From Octopus sinensis (lineage: Eukaryota), in NCBI RefSeq assembly GCF_006345805.1, contig NC_043007.1, positions 26,908,001 to 26,972,000 of the forward strand: a DNA stretch of 64,000 bases. Reading direction: 5' to 3'. Below are positions 50,320-64,000 of this stretch, in pieces (positions within the stretch are counted from its first letter, which is position 1; every line of letters starts with the position of its first letter). The position numbers and the translations under genes are program-made. The notes under the pieces are model-generated. The model worked only from the letters and a program-made list of their open reading frames with translations. It was not told where the DNA came from and made no database searches.

Positions 50320-50720
50320 GTACCTGCCTACCTATTTACGTACGGACCTACATACATACCTACCTACCTACCTACCTACCTACCTACCTACCTACCTACC
50401 TACCTACCTACATACATACCTACCTACCTACCTACCTACCTACATACATACATACATACCTACCTACCTAGCTAGCTAGCTACCTACCTACCTACCTACC
50501 TACCTACATACATACATACCTACCTACCTACCTGCCTACCTACCTACCTACCTACCTACCTACCTACCTACCTACCTACCTACCTACCTACATACCTACC
50601 TACCCACATACCTACCTACCTGCCTACCTAACTGCCTACCTACCTACCTACCTACCTACCTACATACCTATCTACCTACCTTCCTACCTACGTACATATA
50701 TACATACATACGTACATATA
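50320..50720. repeat. (CCTA)n/(CATA)n microsatellite
   Basis: Direct reading. Confidence 0.95.
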
Positions 50721-50929
50721 TACACAATACATGCACGATACATATATACTTATATATTGCATAAATATTTGTGTGTGGGTATGTGTGTGTGTGCGTATTT
50801 CTGGGAGTGTGTATTGCGTATGGAAGTGGACAATTTAAACTTGAACCTCGAGTCAAGAAAAGCTACCTATCTATCTCGTTATCTATCTAAATATTGATCT
50901 AATTATTCATAAATATTATTATATATATA

Positions 50930-50980
<51 letters not shown>

Positions 50981-50989
50981 GTATACATA

Positions 50990-51046
<57 letters not shown>

Positions 51047-51199
51047 GAATACATATACACATTAAAAGTGTGTCTGCGTATATATTTCGTAAGACATGCA
51101 CATGCGGAGGCATAAAGTGACAATTACATTACACTCATACTAAGACACACACACACACACAAATATATATATACCTATATATGCATGTATATGTGTATG

Positions 51200-51235
<36 letters not shown>

Positions 51236-51482
51236 CACACAGGTATACTCACACATACATACCCACACACATATATATAACTGTATATGCATGTATGTGT
51301 GTATGCATGTATATTATATATATACACACAATCACACACATATACTCACACATACACATGCACGCACACACAGATACGCACAAACACACAGAAACACACA
51401 CACATATATTCATGGAGATTTAGTTCTGCATTCGTATAACCAAAATCGTACCACACCCATACAACCACACATATTCACACAG

Positions 51483-52350
51483 ATTATGATCTCTGCTACC
51501 TTACTCGTGGTATGTCTTTCATAAGTGGTGTTTACTCGACTGTCTCGATCAGAGGACAGAATATAATATTATGTATCGATCTCCTATGTTTTCGTGAAAA
51601 TTGTGTAAAGATGACGTCACTTAAACACGGTCTATTAGCTCGATGTTCTACGCCTCTAGCGTCTTACCTTCATTATATACCTATTCACGCAGACACGATT
51701 AGTAACCCGCAGACATGCACGTACACAAAACTCGCACACAAACACACATGCGCACATGGTAACACACACACAACATGGTGACATGCGCACGCACAAGCGT
51801 GACTATGTATTTTTTTTGTATATATCAGATTTTCATTCAACGGGCATTAATTTTGTATACCGAAAAGGCAGCATTTTTGCATCTTTAGCCTGAAGACCGT
51901 GGAACCGTTGCGCTGGAACTCCGAGTTGCAATCGATCGTGCTTCTATTCAAAGTCACAGTGTATATTATATTACATATATATACATATATATAATATATT
52001 ATATATATATATATATAGTTATATATATATATATATATATATATATACGTATGTATGTATACAGTTATGTGTGTATATATGCAACTGGTGTTAGTTCCAA
52101 GATCTCTCTCTCCCCGATAATGGACGACCTAGCTTATGGATCAACATGGTTGGCTCTTCTAGACAGAGCTGTAAGAAACTCGATTTCGGTATAGTCTCCA
52201 TCTAAATTAATACTTTTTGACTTGTTTTTCACTGATGACAAATATGTTGCTTTTTTACCACTACTTTCCGCCTTCTAAGTACCACATCTTTCACTTGCAG
52301 CTTAAGCTGGAGTCGTACCAAATTAAACACTCATAGCACATACCTATATA

Positions 52351-52393
<43 letters not shown>

Positions 52394-52415
52394 TATATAT
52401 ATAATTATATATATT

Positions 52416-52449
<34 letters not shown>

Positions 52450-52864
52450 ATATATATATGTATATATATATATGCATATATATATGTATATATATATAAT
52501 ACACACACATGTATGTGTACTTGCCTACCTGCCTGGAGAATATTTCTATCCAAACGATATATATGTTTATAGGTATCGGTGAGTATATAAATACATATAT
52601 ACATACATACATATATATCACATATATATAATATAATATAACATTGTATACTGCATATAATCTAATATTTTGTGATACATTAGAAAGTGATATATATATG
52701 AACATATATACATAGATACATATACGTATGCATAAATATATACATGCACGCTCACGCACACACACATATGTACTTACATACGTTTTCTGCAAAAAAGTAT
52801 GCAACGTATTTCACCCTAGAGATGTATGCATACACCACACGGACACACACACGCATATATATAT

Positions 52865-52918
<54 letters not shown>

Positions 52919-55411
52919 GTAATCTAAAAAAAACTATGCATTATGGATATATTGAGTATAAAATGCCAAAGAATAATGGCGTCTCATGAGAAAAATGAGT
53001 GATAAAAGGAGATGCATAAATGGTTGGTAACGTAGTCAAAGCAAGTAAAAAATATATTAATGAATCGTATCCCAGGAAACGTGTGATGTCTGTGTTTGCA
53101 GATATGTAGTGGAAGTACAACATGACGCGGCAGACTAACACTAGATTGTTCGGGTAATATACTGACTCAGACATGAAACATATCTTATTACCTGGTAGTA
53201 TTGCACTTTTATAACGGAGAGCGTTAAAAGTGTTCGGTCAACTTAAATTATTAATGCGATTAATAGAAATAATCTTGAAATTTGTGTGTTTTTAAAAAAA
53301 AAAACAAGTTCATGCAAGGGAGATAATTCCAGTAAGGTCAGTCGATCGGAATTTTTGATAGTGTAGACAATATCCACGGTCGAATGCAAATACACTAATG
53401 TTTGTTTCTTCTCGAGCCATGTCTGGCTCATAAGGGCCTGTTTTCTGGTTTCATTGGCGTATAGGTTCCACATCTGGACAGGACGCGGGTCCGTTGCAGG
53501 TGAGCTGCTAGATGCAGGAGGAACGATCGTGAGAAAGTTGTGGCGAAAGAGTAAGCAGAAGTTTGGCATTACCTTTTGTCGGAGCAGCGTGGAGCTTCAG
53601 TGTTTTGCTCATAAACACACACATCGCCTGGTCTGAGATTCGAACCCGCGAGTTCGCTGCTCTAAACACTAGGCCATGTGCCTCCACGCCTGGCACTAAA
53701 GAGTCCAATAAAATTTGCAATTCGAGGTTTTGAAAGTATAGCCATACAGCACAAGTAGAGCTGGCCCAATAACATCTAAGTCGGAGCCTGCCTCTGAGAA
53801 ACGTGGGGTGGGAGCACACAGAATGCGTGTCATAGGAATCGGAAGTGGGGCGGGGAGGGAGCAACCCTTAATAATTGAGAACTGTGAGATGGGTATGACA
53901 GGAGCCTATAAAGGAAATGTCTGAGGACTCTTCTGCTACGACGCTCTCAGGAATATTTAGCAAAAAAAATAGATAGATTAATATATATAGATGGGTAATG
54001 CGGAGTAGATAAAACAGGGGACAACTGATGAAGGGAATGTACTTTATGTTGTCTGTCTCATTTCTCTATTTGTTTCTTTCGTTGTTCGAAAAAAGTTCGT
54101 TTTCCATGTTTTTGTTTTTTTATGTTCTCGTTTCTCATTTTATCTACCTTTTTGATGTCCTGTAGCCATATATGCATATGTATATATACATATCTATGCA
54201 GGTATGTACATATATGTATGTATATGTGCTTATATTTATAATTTATATCATTATATGATCGAACGCAATGCATCCATTTTTATCAACATAATGTAGTATT
54301 TGCACTTTCTTCAGCAAACAATTAAGCTAAATTTCCCTTTTAAAGTAGATCTTACAAGATATTCAACTGCATTACCTCATACATCTGTTGGACATATTAA
54401 ATGATGTCTGAAAAAACGACGGGTTGGTTCTCCTTCTAATATGGCACCATAATGTTTAACTGTACGTTAACCGCATTAATAAAAAAAACGAAAGAATCTT
54501 ATTATGTCTAGAATTGTTTTTCAGGAAAAATAATGAGTCCATATTTGGGGATAAAGAAATTAATGTCCTGCTGTCACTCTGGCTTGAGAAAACAGCAAAG
54601 AAATCTTCAAATACCACGCTACTATTCCTCTAAAATGGATTAATATATTTTCGTTATTAGAGCGTCTCAGTGAGAGCGTCTCAGTGAGAGCGTCACATTT
54701 GGAGCCTATTTTGTTTTTTATGGTAGATTTGCTTTCTTTGATCTTTGATCTTATTTCAGTCATAGAAATGCAGCCATGCTATGACTCGGCCTTAAATGGT
54801 TGTAAGAAAAGAAATCGACGCCTGTTCTTTAGTTTTGTAAATGTGTTACTACTTTTACTCATCTCCTTGGCCGAGCCGCTAAGCTATAAGATGTAAACCA
54901 AGCAGCACCGTTGATCATGTGGTAGAGAGGACGACCAAACATAGAGACACAGAGACATACACATACATACAACGCACACATACATACACACATACACACA
55001 CACACGTATGTATGTGGAATTCCACTTCAAACAAGGGAGGATGTTTACAATTAAGGCCGACTTGATTTGTGCATCTGAGAATTTAATTTCTTTTATAACT
55101 TGTTCAGGTTGAAGATGCAACTATATAGAACAGACAAGTATGTCATTTAGACGGAGAACCACACAGCATAAGGAACAGACCTCCTTCGCAAGTTATAGAC
55201 AGATTCCTTTGAGTGAACACAGACCGATGTATAGGTAATCTCCAACCAAATTTCGGTTTTCCGCATCTACCGATTCAAGGAAGCTATTTCTGTACAAGTC
55301 TAAATAAAGAAAATATATTTATCGAAAAATACAGAACAGGCCTACATATGAACACATAAATAACTTTGGTCTTATTATTATTATTATTATTATATTATTA
55401 TATTATTATTA

Positions 55412-55461
<50 letters not shown>

Positions 55462-55624
55462 TTGTATATATGTCTGTACATATGAAGTTCAGTCCCTTGG
55501 TATTGATAGGCCAGAGGTAAGACTCCTGGCAAAGGTGATGCAACGTAGATGTTTTTTTTCATTCCATGGCCCTTTTGCAGAATATTTGTACATAATAGCG
55601 GGAGGGACGAACAGGTGAACACAG
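51483..55624 (+). pseudogene. Possible second iGluR-like ATD relic (gene 2): candidate exons 51483-51509, 51829-~51960, 53102-~53295, ~55500-55624
   Basis: cag|ATTATG ISATLLV|GTATGT; cag|IFIQRAL..KGSIF..PEDRGTVALELRVAIDRA; cag|ICS..LFG..LH.FITES..LLMRLIE; YLYIIAG. Needs several frameshifts; similarity judged by eye only. Confidence 0.3.
53406..53687 (-). mobile_element. SINE head/body B with tail X variant
   Basis: Reverse complement: GGAGGCACATGGCCTAGTG..GGTTCGAATC..AAAACACTGAAGCTCCACG..GAAACCAGAAAACAGGCCC. Confidence 0.78.
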
Positions 55625-55654
55625 GGTGTTCGGGTTGTAAACTCCTCTAAAACT

Positions 55655-55657
55655 ACA

Positions 55658-55711
<54 letters not shown>

Positions 55712-55792
55712 GCTGCTGCTACTACTACTACTACTACTACTACTAATACTACTACTACTGCTGCTGCTACTACTACTGCCGCTGCTGCTGCA

Positions 55793-55829
<37 letters not shown>

Positions 55830-55840
55830 ATACCACCACC

Positions 55841-55895
<55 letters not shown>

Positions 55896-56568
55896 TTTCT
55901 GCTGCTACTACTACTTTGAGATCAGAAGAATCGCGTTCTGTGATGACACATCGTGACTACTACCTCTACTGATATAGCTGCAGCCGTAGCAGCAGCAGCA
56001 GCCGTGGTAATAGTAGTAGTATCGTAGTAGTAGTATTCGTAGTAGTAGTATTCGTAGTAGTTGTATACTTAGTAGTAGCCGCAATAGCAAAATTGATGAA
56101 TCTTTAGTAAAGTGTGAAAACACCAATAATGACAACGTCAGCACTAAACACGTTTATGACACTCAGCTATTGCCATGGTAACAGAAGATGGCGACCAAGA
56201 TGTTGTCTTATGATTCCGTTGGTTGTAAAGGTGCGATTAGTATCACTGCTGTTGCTGCTGCTGGTGCTGCTGATGGTGCTGCTGCTGGTGGTGGTGGTCG
56301 TGGAGGTGGTGTTGATGGTTATCTTCTATCACCAGCAGTTTTGAATGCGAACTGGAAATTATTCGGCTGTGTTCCTTCTGATAAAGATCGTGATGATCAA
56401 GATGGCGACTAATGACGATGACGATGACGATAACGCCGAAGCTGACGATGACGGTGACGACGACGACGACGAAAACGGTGACCATGATGGTGATGGTCAT
56501 GATGATGATGATGATGATGATGATGATGGTGATGAGGATGATGATGATGATGTTGAATCATGATGATG

Positions 56569-56599
<31 letters not shown>

Positions 56600-56651
56600 A
56601 TCATGATGATGATGATGAATGATGATGATGTTGGTGATGATGATGATTTTC

Positions 56652-56726
<75 letters not shown>

Positions 56727-57476
56727 GTGATGGTGGGATGATAATGATTCTTATTAGTATTTTAATGTTAATGATTAAAAAATTACGACCGTAATTATAT
56801 TCATTAGAATCATCTTAAGAGGACAGTCATTATAGGGACGATGCTGCTGCTGCTGGTGATGATGATGATGATGGTGATAAGGAGGAGGAACAGGCAGGAA
56901 AGAGAAGGAGGTGAATGATGAAGATGATGATGATGATGATGATGAGCAGAAGGAAGGGGATGAGAACAATGATGATGATGATGATGAGGATGAAGAGGAA
57001 GATGAGAAAGAGGAACAGGTGATGAAGGAGAAGAGGTAGATTATGATGATGTTGATGATGATAATGATGATGATGATGTGGAAGATAAGGAAGAGGAATA
57101 AGGGAGGAAGGAGAGGAGTTGGAGGATGATGATGTTAATGAAGATGATGATGATGATTCTCTGCCTGTTGTTATGGCTGCTGCTACCACTACTGCTTCTG
57201 ATAATTATTTGATTTGATGATGATGATGATAATTAACATTAATGGCGATAATGACGATAGAATTCTGCTGCTGCTGCTACTGTTGCTGCTGGCTCTCCTG
57301 CTGCGGATAATGATGCTGTTGTTGATGTTAATCATGGTAATGGCGAAGGAAATGACGGCGACGGTGGCGTGGGAGAAGATGGCAAGGAACACGATAAAGC
57401 CGAGAATAATGATAATGTCGATGATAGCGACTGTGAAACAGCTAATAATGTGTGCAATAATGGTGATGATGATGAA

Positions 57477-57512
<36 letters not shown>

Positions 57513-57530
57513 CATGATGGTAATGTTATT
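55655..57530. repeat. (ACT)n, (GCT)n, (GAT)n trinucleotide low-complexity block
   Basis: Direct reading. Confidence 0.9.
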
Positions 57531-57598
57531 CCTGACAAAAACAACAAAACACACACGCACACACATATGTAAGTAGGTATTTATATAACCATTATATG

Positions 57599-57643
<45 letters not shown>

Positions 57644-57770
57644 TGTGTATATGTATATAAAAACATACATAATAGATATATACATGAATATGTGTATATA
57701 TATATTATATATGAATTATATATATATAAGTATATATATATATATATATATATTATATAAATATAATTAT

Positions 57771-57815
<45 letters not shown>

Positions 57816-58379
57816 GTGTTCTGTGTGTATATATATATATACATATATATATACTATATATATGTATGTATATATATATATAATATATAATACATATATA
57901 TATACATGCATATATGTGATTACATATATGTATACATACATAATTATATATGTATATATATGTATGTATATATATATGTGCATATATATCTATGTATGTA
58001 TATGTATGTACATACATATACCCATAAGTACATACATAAAGAGATAGGGGTGGAGACAGAGAGAGAGAGAGAGAGAGGGGGGGGAGAGACAGTAAATGAG
58101 GGGATAAAAGCGAAAGAGATGCAGGGGTTTCACCTCAAACGTTAAGGTGGGGTAATTAGGAGAAATCTGTCCCCCAAAGACACACGGATATACATACACA
58201 CACATACACACACACGTACACATGCCTATAGAGATGCCAACACCCATGTACATTGTAGGATGCAAAGGATGTGTTTTAAAATGAAAGTTGAAAAAATAAA
58301 ATGAAAATTAGAGAAGAACAGAACGAATGAAAAGAATGTGAAGAAGTTAGAGAAGAAAACTAATTTCAGGGAGAAGAAT

Positions 58380-59830
<1,451 letters not shown>

Positions 59831-60045
59831 ATTCAATTAGAAGAAGACTGGATATTCCATTATTGAATAAAATCTCAAAAACAAAGAAAAAGAACAACAA
59901 CACATTAGTTTATAACGAGCTAATTTTTGATACGAGCGGCCATGTTGGTTAACATTTTACTTCTCCGGCGGCAACGACGCTATGCCGATGATGATGACGA
60001 CGCCAACGACGCCGACGACGTCGAAAGACGATGTAAATGACGATA

Positions 60046-60108
<63 letters not shown>

Positions 60109-60844
60109 GCGGAAGTAGTGGCAGATTTGTTGGCGAGCTGCTGGCGTTGATGGCGGTGCTGGCGATAATCGTTTTAAAAATGACGGTGATTTGAGATGAT
60201 AGTGAAGGCGCACGTTTTTCGACGTTGATGGCGTTGGTGGTGGTGGTGGTATATATCCGTTGAATTGTGATGGCGATGGTGTCGTTGATATTTTGGGTTG
60301 GCGTCGGTAGTGGTGTTCATCTGGTAATGTTAAGTATGTTGCCGATCTTGGTGAAGTTAATGGGGGAGGTGGGGTGTTGGGCTCAATGATGGCGGCGTCG
60401 ATCGTCGCCATATTGAGGCGAAAATGATGGTGATTTCCATGAGACCTAATTTAAAGATCCTGTTGCTGTTGTTGTTGTTGTTGTTTATGTTGTTGCTTCT
60501 GCTTTTGTTGTTGTAGTTTGTGATGATGATGATGATGATGATGATGACGACAGCGCTAATGGTCTTGCGGATGTCAGCGGTGTGGGCGTTAAGGATACAA
60601 TGGTGGCATTTTAGAGGTTGTAGTTGTTTCTGTGCAGCTCCTTTTCGGTTAAGATTAATCGCTAGACACTACCATCGAAGTCTTTCCAGTCGTGGCCATC
60701 AAGCCTTACAGTATAAAAGAAAACGACAACGTTTCAGTATATCGAGTATTTTTGAAGATAGAATACTATTTGAGGCAAATTTGGTCGTTATTTCTAGCAG
60801 CATTTCTTCTTCGTTTGTATTGGAGGTCGAATTGGGTCCCTGAT

Positions 60845-61155
60845 CAATGGCCCAGTAGTTAGGGCAGCGGACTCGCAGCTGGAGGAACGCGGTTTCGATT
60901 CCCAGACCGGGCGTTGTGTGTGTTTATTGGGCGAAAACACCTAAAGCTCCACGAAGCTCCGGCAGGGGTTGGTGGCTACCCCTGTCGTACTCTTTCGCCC
61001 CAACTTTCTCTCACTGTTTCTTGAGTAACGCTGCGATGGACTGGCGTCCCGTCCAGCTGGGGGGTGGTGGTGGAACACAAACGCCACAGAAACCGGGAAA
61101 CCGGGCCCATGAGCCTGGCTAGGCTTGAAAGAGGGCGCATAAATAAATAAAATAA
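60845..61155 (+). mobile_element. SINE head/body B plus tail X
   Basis: First ~190 bp match the 15620 SINE, then switch to GTAACGCTGCGATGGACTGGCGTCCCGTCCA..GAAACCGGGAAACCGGGCCC; A-rich end. Confidence 0.87.
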
Positions 61156-61986
61156 GGTCCCGATAGAGGTGGCATTGGCGTCGGTGATGAAGGTGGTGCT
61201 ATTACTATTACTGCTACTGGTAGTGGTGGTGGTGGTGGTGGTGGTGGAGTTGTGGGTGGTGTTTATCAGATGCTTAGAGTTTAGTGGTGGCGGTGAATAA
61301 TTGTGATGACAGAGCCATTTCAGCAGCGTTATTGGTCCACGGGCAAATCAACGCTTGAGAAACGCAAACACGAGAACACCCTGCCTGGCCAAGCTGCTCC
61401 AACAGAGGTGCCACATCCTACGAACGGAACAACATTGGAAAAGCACAAAGAAAGTGCAGACTACACAAATCCATAGCCATTTTTACCCATCTCTTAATCT
61501 CTTACCCAAGGCATCTAATCTGAATCATTTCGCTATGCTTTCCTGAAACCCCGGACTTCATTGCATAATGTGTCTTTTTCTGAGACGGTTGATCCAAGAA
61601 TGTGACGGTTATCTGACTGCTATTTTTAGCAGGTCGAATATCCATATTGATGGTGTTGTCGCTGGCTCACGTTGATGATGATTGTGATGTTGGCGCTATG
61701 ACGATCATTATGGCGGGAAATGTCCAGAGCGAAATGAAGCCTACGCTAAGATTGTTGACATACATTAGACTTGGCAGTATTAATTGCGAAGATGTTATTG
61801 TATTGGCGTTGAAGGCGGACGGGACTATGTGTCGTAGTTGTTGTTGTTGTTAGTTTTGGTAGTGGTGGTGGTGGTGGTGGTGATGTTGTTAGGTGTGTTG
61901 ATGGTAGAAATGTTGTTGAATGTTGTGATACTAGTGGTAGCCATGATATATTTTGATTGATGTAGGAGTTGTATGCTGTGTGTAGA

Positions 61987-62293
61987 GGAGGCGCAATGGC
62001 TCAGTGGTTTGGGCAGCGGACTCGCGGTCGGAGGATCGCGGTTTCGATTCCCAGACCGGGCGTTGTGTGTGTTTATTGAGTGAAAACACCTAAAAGCTCC
62101 ACGAGGTTCCGGCAGGAGAGGGTGGCATCTCCTGTTGTACTCTTTCGCTACAACTTTCTCTCGCTCTCTCTTCCTGTTTCTTGGGTAACGCTGCGATGAA
62201 CTGGCGTCCCGTTCAGGTGGGGGGAACACATACACCATAGAAACCGGGAAACCGGGCCCAGGAACCTGGCTAGGCTTGAAAAGGGCGAAAAAA
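61987..62293 (+). mobile_element. SINE head/body B plus tail X
   Basis: Same structure as the 60845 copy with a complete head. Confidence 0.88.
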
Positions 62294-62419
62294 TGTACTG
62301 TGCGCGGGGTAATACCGTTAAAACTTGCAATGGTTACAATAATAGTAGTAGTAGATGTAGTAATAGCAGCAACAGCGGTAGTAGTAGTAGCAGTGGTGGT
62401 GGTAGTGGTGGTAGTAGTT

Positions 62420-62457
<38 letters not shown>

Positions 62458-62506
62458 TATAGTAGTAGTAGCAGTAGAAGTGGTGGTGGCAGTGGCGGTG
62501 GTAGTT

Positions 62507-62540
<34 letters not shown>

Positions 62541-63175
62541 GTGTTATTGTTTTGTTAATTTCTGTTTAACCCCAGCTCAAGCCTGATCGAGCAGACTTCC
62601 ATAGAATAATGGTGGAAACCAAACTCATCGCAATTTTTTTTCTTTGCTTTATTCAAAATAATAAATTCAATTTTCCAGAAGCCTACTGTGGATTCGAGCT
62701 AGTGGAGATTTCAAATCAACTCCACATAATAAACTGCCGTGATAAATCTGGTAAGTACACACTTGATGATGTAGTTTGAATTATGCAACAAAGACATTAG
62801 CATCACGACTCTAATATATTTCGTCATGTCTGCTCTCTACAGACTTAGCCTGATGGCTAAGTAACAGCGCAAGCGAAAGTTTGTTGCCGTTGTCGCTATT
62901 TTCACAGTTCAGACTTAACCGAGGAAGTTTATTATCAAAAATAACCCAGCACTTACCATTTCATCTGAAAGTGTTTTCAACCATCGTGTATCTGGGAGAG
63001 CGATTCTCAACCATTTTGTTATTCTTAAGAACTCCTTTGATGTCTATTTTATTCCCCGGGATAACAATTCCACGATAACACTTCCAATCAGTTAAGATCA
63101 GAAGCCACGAGAGCCACTGCCTTGTACTGCATCAGATTATTATTATCATCATCATCATCAACATCATTATTATTA

Positions 63176-63216
<41 letters not shown>

Positions 63217-63253
63217 TTATTATTATTATATTATTATTATTATTATTATTATT

Positions 63254-63745
63254 GTCTTTGCACAGCTTCTAAAGCTGGAGATGTACTATGATGTCAGCTG
63301 TTGAGTACCAATAACCAAAGGTAACAACCCTTCTTTTTCAAGCACCATCCGGAGTATTCGAGCGGTTCCAAGCTGTGCTGTTTTCTGTAAGTGCTCCACC
63401 CTTATTGCAGCGCTATTTGTTCCATGTATTTCTCAAGATTTCTGCTCACTGTTGCCAGGGCTCCAACAATTATTGGTACTACTACCAATTTTTCAGCGAC
63501 CACAACTGCTTAAACCCCCAAGCTAACCTGTCATATTTATCGACTTTTCTTTCTTCTTTATCGCATACGTTGTTGACAGCTGGGCATGCTATATCTATGA
63601 TTTTGCATAGTTTGCTTTCTTTCTCAATTAACTCTATGTCTGGTTTCCTATTCTCTATCTCATGGTCGCACTAAATCATAAAATCTCTTAGGATCTTTGC
63701 ATTATCATTTTCGATGATGCCTTCGGACTTATGTTCGTACCAGAG
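63254..63745 (-). mobile_element. R4/Dong-type LINE 3' fragment (RLE domain) ending in (AAT)n
   Basis: WYEHK..ENDNAKIL.DF..CDHEIENRKPDI.LIEK..CKIIDIACP..KEERKVDKYDRL..VVPIIVGAL; 3' end joins ...GTGCAAAGAC(AAT)n. Confidence 0.9.
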
Positions 63746-63904
63746 GGTGAAGAGGAGTGATTGGATCCTAACACAGCGTTAGAGCAGAAGAAAACAACAT
63801 AGCATGGTATGTAAAAAATGCCACAGAACCATTATTATTAGAAGTAAGATGGCCAGGTTTATGTAGGGCGGAAGATGCGAAGACAAAACACTGTACAAGG
63901 ACTC

Positions 63905-64000
63905 GACAAACGATGCCGGTGAGTTTACGTCCCCGTAACTTAGCGGTTCGGCAACACAGACCTATAGAATAAGTACTAGGCTTACAAAGAATAAATTCTG
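63905..64000 (+). mobile_element. SINE family A tail, running off the window
   Basis: CGATGCCGGTG..TTTACGTCCCCGTAACTTAGCGGTTCGGCA..ATAGAATAAGTACTAGGCTTAC. Confidence 0.8.

Noticed and set aside
53183-53200. CTTATTACCTGG resembling the U1 snRNA 5' end
   Set aside because: No downstream U1 stem-loops or Sm site.
54025-54060. CTGATGAAGGG hammerhead-like start
   Set aside because: No closing stem II or GAAA follows.
54660-54694. 14-bp unit GAGCGTCTCAGTGA repeated ~2.5 times
   Set aside because: Local slippage duplication; no spacers, so not CRISPR-like.

Overview
AT-rich, microsatellite-dense animal genomic DNA, most likely an octopus or other coleoid cephalopod. That is an inference from the SINE families and the very dense (TA)n/(TATC)n/(AAT)n/(GAT)n arrays. 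Main contents: (1) two different Tx1/L1-clade LINEs. One is a near-complete + strand copy (9001-15071) with an intact 1146-aa APE-RT ORF2 sitting inside a (TATC)n array; the other is a - strand copy (1-4195) beside an (AAT)n array, broken by small indels in homopolymer or low-complexity runs. (2) Several R4/Dong-type RLE-LINE fragments. (3) At least four modular tRNA-headed SINE families, one with a 3' tail matching the Tx1 LINE tail. (4) Helitron-like and mariner/pogo MITE relics. (5) A set of hammerhead-ribozyme (HHR) motifs. The best is a young 362-bp tandem array with an inverted 5' segment (Penelope pLTR/retrozyme architecture) whose core carries the U3-A8 covariation. (6) Cryptic, spliceable but frameshifted exons resembling the amino-terminal domain of ionotropic glutamate receptors: one set on the - strand (28.8-39.8 kb) and a weaker set on the + strand (51.5-55.6 kb). 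Most ORF-track entries are microsatellite or antisense artefacts. All alignments and folds were done by eye; no searches were run.
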